Part shown: one piece after another, positions 1 to 12,380 of the stretch
Layout: each line of letters starts with the position of its first letter
Numbering within the stretch: the first letter of the stretch is position 1
The notes under the pieces: model-generated
Told to the model about the DNA's origin: nothing
Databases searched by the model: none
Seen by the model: the letters and a program-made list of their open reading frames with translations, nothing else
Made by a program: the position numbers and the translations under genes
Assembly: GCA_003427395.1 (NCBI GenBank)
Contig: BFEA01000020.1
Location: 3,833,336-3,897,335, forward strand
DNA length: 64,000 nt
Origin: Chara braunii
Taxonomy: Eukaryota > Plantae > Charophyceae
Direction: 5' to 3'

Positions 1-40
1 TGATGAGTCGGTGAAACTCCGACGAAACAGTTTGTCACAG
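1..40 (+). ncRNA. Minimal type I hammerhead ribozyme, 5' end cut by the window edge
   Basis: (C)TGATGA core 1-6; stem II GTCGG/CCGAC (7-11/19-23); GAAA 24-27; stem III ACA/TGT; GTC cleavage triplet at 34-36; ACAG would form stem I with sequence upstream of the window. Confidence 0.8.
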
Positions 41-374
41 CCCCTCGTTTGTTGTCCTCTTCTCCTTCTCCCTCTCTGCCTACGGTTTACCGGGCAGTTC
101 TATTTGACGATATATATATTCTTTTTGTAACTAATTTCTTTTTTGTAACTAAGCTACATTCTTCTCTCAACAATTTCACCTTACCTACCTACCCCTACAC
201 CTAAAAGCCTATACAGGTGACCCCTGCAAGCATAGCTATCTACCTCTCAGGATCAAGGGGATGCATCTTGCTCCCACAATGCTGGGAATCGGGTCCAGGG
301 TGCCTCACAATCAAATGGGGTCAGCCGTCCAGGGGCCAAGTCCCACAACCGTCTTCACCCAAATTCAGCCCCTG

Positions 375-702
375 GTCATCATTATATCTGTATCTGGACT
401 GACAATTGGCCCAGTACAGCTGTAAAATGACCGGGGCATGCTAATCTTCTCTGTATCGTTCCAGTTTTAACGGATGTGGCCCCTGCGCAAGAACGACACC
501 CATAAAATGACCGGGCGTTGTATTCAGGTCAAAAGACCTTAGTGGGGGCACTGGGGGGTTAGACTTGGTTGTTGAAGGTGCAGCCAGCCGGCATTTCCCG
601 GACGTCGGCTTGTGCCGGAGGACGGTTGCGATTATCTGTATCTGGACTGAAAGTTGGCCCCCCGGGGTCATTTATATCTGTATCTGGACTTAAAGTTGCC
701 CC
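375..702. repeat. Three dispersed copies of a ~30-bp motif
   Basis: TATCTGTATCTGGACT-x-A-x-A-x-TTG-x-CCC at ~385, ~633 and ~675. Confidence 0.6.
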
Positions 703-991
703 ACGTACGAGGGCTGTGTGCGTGCGTAAGGAAGTCCAGGTGGGAGAAACGCACTGCGGACTCGGACGATCACCCGGAACACGGTTCCACTAGCAAAGGA
801 GTAAGGTAAACTGTGTGCCACAAACACCTGTGGGACGTCTGCGGGACATCGTCCCACCGCTGATGCAGGAGAATCGGAAGGCAGAGAAATTGTGAGGGAT
901 TTATATTCTGAAGTGGTGTTTTTTTTTTTTGTTGTTGTGCTTTTTCTTTCCAGTTCCCAAGAATGGGAGGCCGGAAAAAATGGAAAGACTC

Positions 992-1470
992 TTTTTTTTT
1001 TTTTTTTTTTTTTTTTAACTATACTCTTCTCTCAATTTTTTCCTCACACTACCTACCTACCACTACTCCTACCTGTAGGCATACGGGAAACCCCGTAGCA
1101 TACCAGAGCCGTGTTTTTACGGCCCCTCGAGCCTGCAGGATACCGGCCAGGGGACGGCCGGTAGCACCAGGGATAAAGCGGACCAATCCCCCGTGCCTCC
1201 CCTCAGGCCGCTCCCCTACGAACATAGCAGACTCTGCTTGATGCCGATCGGGGGATCCAGTTACGAACATAGCAGACTCTGTTTGATGCCGATCGGGGGA
1301 TTTAGTTACGAACATAGCAGACTCTGCTTGATGCCGATCGGGGGATCCAGTGGTCTATCTCTTGGGTAGGGGGTACCAAGTAAGCCCAGGAAGGTCATGA
1401 GGCCAATGGGGATTGAACCCATGACCTCCTGAATGCCACTTGCGAGCCTTACGAACTGAGCTAGGCCGCT
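992..1470 (-). mobile_element. tRNA-derived SINE with poly(A) tail and TSD
   Basis: Minus-strand head has A box TAGCTCAGTTCG and B box GGTTCAATCCC (1401-1470); 25-nt poly(A) at 992-1016; direct repeat TGGAAAGACTC at 981-991 and 1470-1480. Confidence 0.85.
1217..1351. repeat. 3 x 45-bp tandem repeat in the SINE body
   Basis: TACGAACATAGCAGACTCTGCTTGATGCCGATCGGGGGATCCAGT units at 1217, 1262 and 1307. Confidence 0.95.
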
Positions 1471-1576
1471 GGAAAGACTCATTTTGATGGGCAGCTCTTC
1501 AAAAGATGAAAAAAAAAAAATCAAGTACTCGAAGAGCATGTTTTTGACCCCCTTCTTTTTCCGGGTCAATTGTTAA

Positions 1577-2472
1577 ACCACCATTACCTGCCGGTTGTTA
1601 AGGCCCGTGGCTCAGCCTACCGGTAGGCCGGTCGTTCCCGAGCCTCGGACTTTATTGCCGAGCCTCGGACAACCGGTAGGNNNNNNNNNNNNNNNNNNNN
1701 NNNNNNNNNNNNNNNNNNNNNNNNNNNNNNNNNNNNNNNNNNNNNNNNNNNNNNNNNNNNNNNNNNNNNNNNNNNNNNNNNNNNNNNNNNNNNNNNNNNN
1801 NNNNNNNNNNNNNNNNNNNNNNNNNNNNNNNNNNNNNNNNNNNNNNNNNNNNNNNNNNNNNNNNNNNNNNNNNNNNNNNNNNNNNNNNNNNNNNNNNNNN
1901 NNNNNNNNNNNNNNNNNNNNNNNNNNNNNNNNNNNNNNNNNNNNNNNNNNNNNNNNNNNNNNNNNNNNNNNNNNNNNNNNNNNNNNNNNNNNNNNNNNNN
2001 NNNNNNNNNNNNNNNNNNNNNNNNNNNNNNNNNNNNNNNNNNNNNNNNNNNNNNNNNNNNNNNNNNNNNNNNNNNNNNNNNNNNNNNNNNNNNNNNNNNN
2101 NNNNNNNNNNNNNNNNNNNNNNNNNNNNNNNNNNNNNNNNNNNNNNNNNNNNNNNNNNNNNNNNNNNNNNNNNNNNNNNNNNNNNNNNNNNNNNNNNNNN
2201 NNNNNNNNNNNNNNNNNNNNNNNNNNNNNNNNNNNNNNNNNNNNNNNNNNNNNNNNNNNNNNNNNNNNNNNNNNNNNNNNNNNNNNNNNNNNNNNNNNNN
2301 NNNNNNNNNNNNNNNNNNNNNNNNNNNNNNNNNNNNNNNNNNNNNNNNNNNNNNNNNNNNNNNNNNNNNNNNNNNNNNNNNNNNNNNNNNNNNNNNNNNN
2401 NNNNNNNNNNNNNNNNNNNNNNNNNGTTAACGGCCGCGTCGATTCCCTCAAGCAGGGAGAGGTACTGGTGGT
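1577..2472. mobile_element. TTAA-flanked TIR element, interior mostly gap; same family as 12002-12184
   Basis: TTAA-ACCACCATTACCT ... AGGTACTGGTGGT-TTAA, a 12/13 inverted match. Confidence 0.6.
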
Positions 2473-2969
2473 TTAACCCCATCCAGTACTTCGATTTTCT
2501 CTCAAAATATAGGAAATGCACGCTTCAGCATGGCAACCGTCAGAGAAGGGAGTCCCATCAGGCACACGAAGGGAGGCACACGGAGGGACTCCCTTGGTGG
2601 TACGCGAGACTGCAACAGTCACGTACCACTCTGTCCTGATTAGGCATTGGCTGGGTGGGCAGCAGGGGGAGGAGATGGGAGGGTTAGTGGGACGGCAGCA
2701 CTTTCAAAAGCCGGCCTCCTTCCGATCTTGGGAAATGTAACGTCGCCATTTTTCTTTTTATTAAGTCTATAAAATTACTTTTCTTCCTTTTCTTACAGTG
2801 CCGCACAGGTCCAAATAGGCCATGACTCGTGTGCTAGTGGAACCGTGCCCCTGGCGGGTGATAGATCAAAACCGGTCGGGAAAAAAAAAAAAGGAAAAGA
2901 AAAAGAAAAGAAAAACGGTCGGGGAACTGGTCTTCTGGACTGTGTCGTAATAGTTTTTTTTTTTTTTTT

Positions 2970-3697
2970 GGGGAAATTTTTGAAATGCCCCCGAAGTTTG
3001 CGTTTGTTTGCGGTGTGCCCCTGTGAAGGCTGACTTACCCTGTGGTGCCCCTCGGGCCTCTGAAATTTTCCGCAGGCCCCTGTCAGCATGGGGCGTAACT
3101 TTCTGATATGCCCGTACTGGACCGCTGGTGGTGTTTCGTCGGTCCGTCCTTGAAATGCCCTCACGAGGGGCACACATCTTTCTGTGAAGCCCTTGCAGCA
3201 GTGGCGGCACGAATTCAAATTCAAAGTGGTAGGCATTGCACGCGCCGCCTTGAGTTCGCCGCATCGGTGATTGGAGTGCATACGGCTACCGTGCGACGGG
3301 GAGCGTGTGCGGGCATGTGTGTGTCGATGCTCATCGTCCTCCTCCCTCCTCCTCCATTCATGCTCATCGCCCTCCTCCCTCCTCCTCCTTCTCCATCCTT
3401 GTCGCTCTCCTCTCTTCACGTCCAGCTTCCATCCTCTATCCTTGTCCGTCATCGTCAGAGTCCTTGTCCTCCCTACTCCTCTTCCCCTCCTCTTCCCTCG
3501 TTCCTCCCTCCAACTTTCTCCTCATCACCCCTCCCTCTCCTCCTCCTTCCAACTTTCTCCTCGTCACCCGTCCCTCTCCTCCTCGTTCCAACTTTCTCCT
3601 TGTCATCCCTCCCTCTCCTCCTCCTCGATTGTCGACCTCCTATTCATCACCATGACCATCTTCTTGGCGTCATCGCCGTGCACGTGCGCACGTCTGC

Positions 3698-3769
<72 letters not shown>

Positions 3770-4206
3770 GTGTGTGTGTGTGTGGGTGTGTGTGTGTGTG
3801 TGTGTTCGCGTCATCTTTTCGTTTAGTCGTTGGTTGGACAGGTGGTATATGAATGAAGAAATGAAGGTGTTTGTCATTCGTTGTTTAGGCATTCCGTGCG
3901 TGTGTGTGTGTGTGTGTGTCCATGCTCATCGCCCTCGTCCCTCCTCCTCCATCCATGCTTATCGCCCTCCTCCCTCCTCCTCCATCCATGCTCGTGGCTC
4001 TCCTCTCTTCTCCTCCAGCCTCCATCCTCTATCCTCGTTGGCTCCATCATCGTCATGGTCTTTGTCCTCCCTACTCCTTTCCATCCTCTTCCCTCGTTCC
4101 TCCCTCCAACTTTCTCCTCGTCACCCCTCCCTCTCCTCCTCCTCNATTGTCGACCTCCTAACCATCACCATGGCTGTGTTCTTGACGTAATTGCCCATGC
4201 ACGCAC

Positions 4207-4277
<71 letters not shown>

Positions 4278-4663
4278 CTGTGTGTTGTGTGTGTGTGCGT
4301 GTGTGTGTGTGTCCATGCTCATAGCCAAATTTCTGATATGCCCCGGTAGCATCTCTCCTGGGGCCAGGGGAAAGACTGCGAGTGTCAACAACGGCCACAG
4401 GGGCTCGCTGGAAAGATGGACGGTACCAATAAGAGCATATGGGAAACTTTTGTGCTGGCTCTCAACGGCCATCCCGTAGGGGCATACTGAAAATTTGGTA
4501 CTGGTACCGTAGGGGCATATGAAACATTTTTCAGGCCCAAACGACTCCAGGCGTTTTCTGGAAACATCATTCGTTGTCAGAGAGGCGCGACAAGGTAAGT
4601 CGAACGTCAGAGGGGCATGCCGCAAATAAACGCAAACTACAGGGGCATTTCAAAAATTTTTCC
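2970..4663. mobile_element. Non-autonomous Mutator-like (MULE) element
   Basis: ~80-90 bp imperfect TIRs (GGGGAAATTTTTGAAATGCCCC...GACTTACC versus the reverse complement of ~4575-4663); poly-T on both flanks, compatible with a T-run TSD; interior is duplicated CT-rich/(GT)n modules with no transposase. Confidence 0.75.
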
Positions 4664-5825
4664 TTTTTTTTTTTTTTTTTTTCGAATTGTAATATTTCAC
4701 GTGTGTGTACATTGATCATCTCAATCTGTCTCTGTTTGTCACAGCTCTTGTGACTTGTGATTGTGGGATTTTTTTTTTTTTTTTTTTTTTCAATACCAAC
4801 AGCTTCTCAAGTTCTCCTACCTTGGTTTTGAGTACACGCCTGGGGCTTGGGTCCACTAGCAAAGAGGATTGGATTAAATTCCTGAATCTGGATGTGTTTT
4901 GCTCAGAGATGCAGAAGAGCAGATCAATCGCAACTGTTTGCATCTCTCCACAAACACGTCCAGATTCCGGTATTAAATCCTATCTTTTCTCTCCCTGTTG
5001 AGAACAGATGAGAAAACGGGGGTTTGGGATTTTGTTGGCTGTCAATTGAGGACCAAGCAGTGCTACCCCTTTTTAAGTAGTACTCAAAGGACAAAAAACG
5101 AGGACACAATCTGGGGGACAGGCCCCGTAGTACTGAAATCGGGGCAAGACTTCGGGTCGTGGTCAGACCGAAGACAGAAAATGGCAGCTATTACTGGTTG
5201 GTTGTGCAGAATTGACAGGAACACTACGGAAAGGGGGGATATCCCCAAGCAGGTCCTGACCCTGCGGCGCGAGTACCGAGTCAAAGGGTTCACGGACCAG
5301 TTCTTTGGAACTGTCGTTACAAATTTTTCACGGACCAGGGACATAAGTTGGCGGTACACGGCCACGATAGTAGGCTGTTAGCTTAGAGTAGGAGTATAAA
5401 TACTTTCAAGTGAGTTTTGTTTGTCCTCTTCAGCATACATGGCTCCGGAGTTTTCTCCGGTACGGGAAAGGGGGAACGCGGCGATTCAGTTCAGGGAGAG
5501 GAAAAATGGGGGAGGATAGCACATTCTCGAGACCGTTCTCGCGGTTCTCTTGGGTTAACGCCTTCTCTAATATAAGCCTTGTTGTTCGGGACTTCTGCTT
5601 TCGGCTGTGTGATTGCGTCGTCTGTCGATGTTGTCTCTGTCGAAAAAGTCGCACTACTTCGGTCAGTGTGGATGTGTTCGTTACCTCTTGCAAAGCAATT
5701 GGTAACCATTGGGGGATCGATACCTCGACTTGGTGGTCAAGTCCTCTACAGGGCACACATCGTCTAGGAGGCGGTGAGTGCGAGGCGCGGACGAGGGGGT
5801 TAATCCCCCGAACCTATAAGGCGTG

Positions 5826-7014
5826 ATGGCGTCATCAAGCCAACCGAGCGGGAGTGGAGACGGGGAAGGTAGTTGAAGGAACCCGCAGACTGGCTACAGT
5901 TGTCACTTGCGGGGTCACTATGCGCGAGAGTGCGGAGCATATTGGAAGGAGAAGTATGAAGGAAAGACAGGTGTATCCGGAGGAGCAGCAACAACAGGAC
6001 AGGCAAGTGGAAGGTCCACTTCATCGGCGAGAAGAAGATGGGAACCTGCCAAGCGATCACCGTCGCCAGATTCGAAGCACCGTAGTTACCGAAGCGACGA
6101 AAGAGATAGTGTGAAGGATTTGGTCAGTTTGTTGATGGTCGAGCGTGAGGAGAAGGAGAAAGCCAAGAAAGAAGAGGAAGATAGGGTCAAGATGGAACAC
6201 GAGAAGATTGAAAAGGAGGAGAGAAGGTCTAAAAGGGAAGAGAAGAGAATAAGGGAGCAGAAGGACAATGACGAGAGTTTGGCTAAAATAGTTGACCTAC
6301 AGTTCGCAAAAAGATGGGGGGGAGCAATGGAGCACGTGGAGGTCGAGAGTTCGCCGGAACTCAAGCGTAGGCATCGGCGATATCGGAAGGCTACCCGAAG
6401 AGGGAAACACCATCGGAGAACAAGCATGCTGGTCTCGGATATGGAAGACAATGTGTCAGATATCAGCCAACGCTGCGCCTACTGCACCTGACTGAGAAAC
6501 GCAAGCGGATATCAACCACCACAGAAGAAGAAGATTTGCTTTCGCAATCGAGTCCAAGTGTTACCCCGCTTAAGATGCATCGAGCCAGGGAATTACCGCC
6601 AAAGTCCTCTCGGGGGAAGTCCGCTAAGAAGATGAAAACCACGTTGAAGCCGTTGACGATGCGGAAACTTTGAGAGAAGAACGAGCCTACAGCTAAAGGA
6701 GTTGTTGCAGGTTTTGGAGTTGGGTCTCGTTTCCAGTTTGTTAAGGATACTGCAGAGCATTTGGATGGCCTCGACTACCGTGTGATTCAAAGAATGTGTA
6801 AGAAGGAAGGCCTGCCGTACGTTCGGAAAGGATAGGCGATCATGGCACTGACCGAGAAGAAAGCACAAGTGGCGTATGAGGGTACGAAGGAGGGCATACT
6901 GGATTACGCTAAGAGTAACGAAGAATAAACTACGACCAGCGATTCTTCGTCCTCCGATAACGATGCCGGGTCAACTGACGACTCGCCATGCAAGGAGAAA
7001 ACGAATGTTGCATG
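5826..7014 (+). pseudogene. Penelope-like ORF1: degenerate CCHC zinc knuckle plus charged coiled coil
   Basis: ATG 5826 is in frame with ORF 5907-6491 through one TGA; GYSCHLRGHYAREC at 5892-5933 is CX2CX4HX4C with the first Cys changed to Gly; an E/K/R-rich helix follows; the frame appears to continue via frameshifts (LHLTEKRKR); 3' end approximate. Confidence 0.6.
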
Positions 7015-7224
7015 ACTCGGAAGAGGTAAGACGAACGCCGAACTTTGGGAATGTTGTCGCACTCTAGCCTATCCACATAGGTTTCACTCAGCAGTTGATC
7101 GGGATGTAGAGAGTCTGTTTCGCTGGACTATCGTCGCTCTGACACTATGAGGCTGTATTCCTTGGTTGGATAAGTTCGTCAGTTATTGGACTGACCTGTT
7201 GCTGAAAAACCTGAATGCTTTCGA

Positions 7225-9878
7225 TAATCCTAATTGTTGTGTGTATGTTGGTGTTCCCCCTGGCGTCGCGCTACCTATGTTGGAAAAACGGAGCGTCTGT
7301 TAAATACACGTTGGTCAGAACATAGGGGTAAGAGTCGACATGTGGACTCATCGACTTCGCATTTCCACAGGTGGATGGATCAGTTTGGTATCGAAAATTA
7401 CGTTTTAATTCCTGTTTTTCTGGATGTTGCCGATGAATTGGTAAGTCTGGAAGATTTGTTGATTCGGACTTGGTCCCCAAGCCTTTACACTAGAGGGAAA
7501 GCAAGGGTAGGGAAGAAAAAGAGACAATCGAGGAAGAAATACCGAGGGAGGAAAGAGAGAAACAAAGGTAAGAAGAAGGGATCTCGTAAGAGAACGGTGC
7601 GAGAGGCTAGCTGCAATAAATTGTGTGTTATTAGAATTCGGATAGACCAGGGAACTGAGAGCTCTACGAAGGTTCTTCAAGCTCTGCGGAAACAAGAGGA
7701 ACAGGGTAATCGATCCTTTGTTGTGTATTCCGAGGGTGGGAATGCGTGGTGTGATAAGTGGGAAGAACGTGAAGAGAGTGTATGGTAACTCGCTAGTACG
7801 GGTGAATGGCTTGGAAAAGCTACTGCGCCAAAGTAAGAGGGAGGTGGAGTATGGAAAGGCTATCGAGGTCTTACACTTAAAAAGATGGAAAGAGCATTCG
7901 AAACGGAACCACTCCTTCTTGATCTCGATCTTGAAGCAACGTAGCAAGCGAGCAACCTTGCGTTCTGGTGACCTGAAATTTTTGATCGAACTCCTGGATG
8001 CTGGAAATGAATTTTCTTCGAAAGCTACTCAATCACAACTGAGGTGTATTTTGTTCAATGAGATTAAAGTAGCATATGGTTTTAAGTTAGGCTGTAAACT
8101 TGTCGCACGGGTACAATATAACGATCGAATTAGTTTGGCTGGGGTACGTAGACTGTGTGATTCAAAGATTGATAGTACGGGGTTCCCCACTATGATTAGC
8201 GACATCTACAAGAAAGAAGTCAGGGTGGTGTGGACTAAAAATCCAAGCATCGCTGACATTCTCTGCAATCATCGCAAAGCCGTCGCAAGTGAAGTGTTGG
8301 TTTGCAGTTGTAGAGGGTATGATCTCCCTCGATACGAGGGGCACGGTAGATGTCGCGTGAGTGAATTGGAGGGACTGACGTCAGAAATGCAGAATGGCAG
8401 GAACATTCCTAAAACACATAGGAATTTCCGCCATGTTTCTCTCATGAAGGAACTGTCGGAGTCATTTTCAAATTGGAGGCCGGGCGTGAAATGTTGTCTT
8501 CATATAAGTCAGGAAGAAGCGAAAGCTTGCATGAACCAGATAGTTGTAAGGGGGACGAAGATTTCTACCGAAGAGGTCTTAGACATGAAGCGCAGGTTTG
8601 CTGATTTGATCTTTACCCTAGTTGACCGCAACCCTGGGGAAATTGTGGTAATGTGCCCGCAATTGTATTACGCGGCGATGGGTGATATGTTTGTGTGTAG
8701 TTCTGGTTATGTTGTTTGTGATCAGGAGGAAAAGGATGCTTGGATATCTTCTCGTCGGGATTTCGAAGTTATGGGTCTCGCTAAACTGGGGAAATGGGAT
8801 GCGAAAGGGAAAGTAGGGAACGCCTATGTTATACCTAAGCAGAGGACTTGTCTCACTTTCGCCCCATATGCCCTACATTTAGTGAACCTACTAATCATAT
8901 TTGTAGAAAAGTATCTAAAGCGTTGAATTTGCTTTTGAACTCAGTTCCTAAGTCGTGCCATTTCAATTTGTCGGCGGTTAGCCAATTGGCAGAAAGGATT
9001 TCGACTGCTAATGCACAAGTACGTCGGGCTTACAAACATAGTGGAGCAATGGGGGCAAGTTATGACATTAAGGATATGTTTAGCAAATTGCCCCACCAAG
9101 AGATCCTTAAGTCTCTGGATTGGCTCGTCAGTTGTTTTCCGGATAAGAGAGCAATAAGAGTTAATCATAGAGGGAAGGGCGCTTCATTTGGTGAGAAGAA
9201 AGATGGAAAGTGATGGTCAATTGATTTACGGGACTTAGTCAAATTCATTCGTTTTGAATTACGACACACCTATACTAGAGCGACGGATGTGCTATTGCAG
9301 CAGGTAATCGGTATTCATATGGGAAAGAGTACGAGCCCGCCACTAGCATGCATTTTGTGTGCGCATGCAGAATGGCGGTTTCTCTGTTCGTTGGGCAACG
9401 ACAGGAAGTTGATGTATGGAGTGGGATTGATGGATGATGTTTCCATGATCTTGGCCTTTGAAAAAGGGAACAGGAATTCTATCGGAAAGGCTAATGAAAT
9501 TCGAAGGAAATTTGAAAGATGTTACCCCCATTTACTCTCCTTGTTGAGAACAGATGAGAAAACGGGGGTTTGGGATTTTGTTGGCTGTCGATTGAGGATC
9601 AAGCAGTGCTACCCCTTTTTAAGTAGTACTCAAAGGACAAAAAACGAGGACACAATCTGGGGGACAGGCCCCGTAGTACTGAAATCGGGGCAGCTATTAC
9701 TGGTTGGTTGTGCAGAATTGACAGGAACACTACGGAAAGTGGGGATATCCCCAAGCAGGTCCTGACTCTGAGGCGAGTCAAAGGGTTCACGGACCAGTTC
9801 TTTGGAACTGTCGTTACCAATTTTTCACGGACCAGGGTCATAAGTTGGCGGTCCACGGCCACGATAGTAGGCTGTTAG
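7225..9878 (+). pseudogene. Penelope-like ORF2: GIY-YIG endonuclease plus reverse transcriptase, frameshifted
   Basis: CVY...YVGKTER...R..EH...E (GIY-YIG, ~7240-7490); RT motifs DRNPG, YVIPK, RPI, YDIKDMFSKLPH, QQVIGIHMGKSTSPPLA and LMDD spread over ORFs 7718, 8848 and 9289. Confidence 0.85.
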
Positions 9879-10293
9879 CTTAGAGTAGGAGTATAAATAC
9901 TTTCAAGTGAGTTTTGTTTGTCCTCTTCAGCATACACGGCTCCGGAGTTTTCTCCGGTACAGGAAAGGGGGAACGCGGCGATTCAGTTCAGGGAGAGGAA
10001 AAGTGGGGGAGGATAGCAGATTCTCGAGACCGTTCTCGCGGTTCTCTTGGGTTAACGCTTTCTCTAATATAAGCCTTGTTGTTCGGGACTTCTGCTTTCG
10101 GCTGTGTGATTGCGTCGTCTGTCGATGTTGCGTTGTCTGTCGATGTTGTCTCTGTCGAAAAAGTCGCACTACTTCGGTCAGTGTGGATGTGTTCTTTACC
10201 TCTCTTTCTCTGCTAATGGGACCAGGCCAATTTTCCTACCATCCGATCTGAAGATTGCACGGCACGGCAATGCCGTTAGTACGTCAAAAAATA

Positions 10294-10324
<31 letters not shown>

Positions 10325-11174
10325 NNNNNNNNNNNNNNNNNNNNNNNNNNNNNNNNNNNNNNNNNNNNNNNNNNNNNNNNNNNNNNNNNNNNNNNNNNNN
10401 NNNNNNNNNNNNNNNNNNNNNNNNNNNNNNNNNNNNNNNNNNNNNNNNNNNNNNNNNNNNNNNNNNNNNNNNNNNNNNNNNNNNNNNNNNNNNNNNNNNN
10501 NNNNNNNNNNNNNNNNNNNNNNNNNNNNNNNNNNNNNNNNNNNNNNNNNNNNNNNNNNNNNNNNNNNNNNNNNNNNNNNNNNNNNNNNNNNNNNNNNNNN
10601 NNNNNNNNNNNNNNNNNNNNNNNNNNNNNNNNNNNNNNNNNNNNNNNNNNNNNNNNNNNNNNNNNNNNNNNNNNNNNNNNNNNNNNNNNNNNNNNNNNNN
10701 NNNNNNNNNNNNNNNNNNNNNNNNNNNNNNNNNNNNNNNNNNNNNNNNNNNNNNNNNNNNNNNNNNNNNNNNNNNNNNNNNNNNNNNNNNNNNNNNNNNN
10801 NNNNNNNNNNNNNNNNNNNNNNNNNNNNNNNNNNNNNNNNNNNNNNNNNNNNNNNNNNNNNNNNNNNNNNNNNNNNNNNNNNNNNNNNNNNNNNNNNNNN
10901 NNNNNNNNNNNNNNNNNNNNNNNNNNNNNNNNNNNNNNNNNNNNNNNNNNNNNNNNNNNNNNNNNNNNNNNNNNNNNNNNNNNNNNNNNNNNNNNNNNNN
11001 NNNNNNNNNNNNNNNNNNNNNNNNNNNNNNNNNNNNNNNNNNNNNNNNNNNNNNNNNNNNNNNNNNNNNNNNNNNNNNNNNNNNNNNNNNNNNNNNNNNN
11101 NNNNNNNNNNNNNNNNNNNNNNNNNNNNNNNNNNNNNNNNNNNNNNNNNNNNNNNNNNNNNNNNNNNNNNNNNN

Positions 11175-11213
<39 letters not shown>

Positions 11214-11373
11214 CAAGCTGCTGCTTGCTCCTCTTTGATCGAGTTCGAGCCTAAACAACCCTATTCTCTGTTTATTCTACGCGTCTCTGTATTACCTGGT
11301 TCACAGTTATTCTAAACCTAAACTTATTTTCATGGGCCTTTGAATCATTCAAGTGTGCGAAATCCAAGATCAC

Positions 11374-11676
11374 CTCTGGTCATAGCAAACTCCCCACACA
11401 AGCACTATCCTCGAAGGGCTCTGGAGATCATCATACAACCAGTCGTTCTGCCAGTTCAGCCGGTCCCATTCTCTGCTGATCTGCCCTTCCACCCATTTCC
11501 ACTGCTCCGTTGTGTCTCCCTTTTCCCGCCAGGTCTTTGGCATTTCGCCTGTTCTCGCGTTGTCGCCCGTTGTGACCCGTACCAACAGTACCGTTCCACC
11601 TATTGAGCTCAACGCTAACGCGCCTGAGGGTAACCGCAACCTGAGTGTTTCCTGTGATTTCTTGGACGGAGCAACT
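11374..11676 (-). CDS. Putative exon 2 of an unknown host gene; alternative acceptor at 11640
   Basis: Open Trp-rich frame (WREKGDTTEQWKWVEG...WLYDDLQSPSRIVLVWGVCYDQ) between a CAG acceptor and an AG|GTGATC donor; phase matches the exon at 12822-12964. Confidence 0.4.
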
Positions 11677-12001
11677 CTGCTGACGAGCCCGTGGTATTCA
11701 GATGCGAAGCGTCGTGGGTTTCATGTGACTCTTGTCACTTCAGCTAAAACCCAAAATGAAACTTCCATGTTGTAGAGCGGGTTTTTACAGAAAGAAGTTT
11801 AGCCATATCTTTCGTGTCCACTATTCGCTGATACAACTGTGCATTACTGGAAACACCAGTACATGCCTCACATTGGCCAGGGGGCCGTGTCAGAGGCTGA
11901 AAAGCGACGCTGCCATAAAAGACGGCGAGCGGGCAGTGAATTTTCCGGATTGGCGACAAGTTTCTTTTCAGCAAGGCTGGGGCCGTGTACTGGCGATTTA
12001 A

Positions 12002-12184
12002 ACCACCAGTACTTGCCCCAGCTATCGATGCCAAGCCTGAAACGGGCTGCGCGCCGTTTCACGCCGACTCGCCAGAGCAACAAAAAAAACTTGCTTTGGC
12101 TGGCGGCGCCAGCCTTTGAGGGCCGGTACCCCGAGCCTCCGGAAGTTGCAGGCGCGGCCGATGTATGGACCAAGTACTGGTGGT
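12002..12184. mobile_element. 183-bp MITE with TTAA target duplication
   Basis: Perfect 14-bp TIR ACCACCAGTACTTG/CAAGTACTGGTGGT; TTAA at 11998-12001 and 12185-12188. Confidence 0.85.
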
Positions 12185-12244
12185 TTAAGCACCTTGAGAA
12201 ACTCCATGGGAAAACAGTTAAACCAATTGTCAAGCAAGAAATGA

Positions 12245-12380
12245 AAAGTATAGACATCCAAACCTATCTAGCGACTAAAAAGTATAGACATCCAAACCTA
12301 TCTAGCGACTACAAAGTATAGAGATCCAAACCTATCTAGCGACTACAAAGTATAGACATCCAAACCTATCTAGCGACTAC
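12245..12380. repeat. 4 x 34-bp tandem repeat
   Basis: AAAGTATAGACATCCAAACCTATCTAGCGACTAC units at 12245, 12279, 12313 and 12347. Confidence 0.95.

Larger units (their letters stand above)
4989..10203 (+). mobile_element. Penelope-like retroelement, EN-before-RT (Chlamys/Naiad-type) arrangement, decayed, with pseudo-LTR direct repeats
   Basis: ~700-bp direct repeat at 4989-5688 and 9535-10203 that includes the RT C-terminus; GIY-YIG then RT motifs lie between the copies. Confidence 0.85.

Noticed and set aside
1401-1470. Functional tRNA gene
   Set aside because: The anticodon and acceptor stems do not pair; the poly(A) tail and TSD show it is a SINE head.
3108-4479. Long ORFs of 100-360 aa (similar cases at 16532-17362, 52445-52788 and 53050-53571, and ORFs spanning N gaps)
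   Set aside because: They are translations of microsatellites, low-complexity DNA or N gaps.
5388-5440. Antisense hammerhead in the Penelope-like pseudo-LTR (CTGAAGA...GAAAGTA-TTTA-TACTC), also at ~9885-9935
   Set aside because: The core words and stem III are present, but stems I and II do not pair convincingly.
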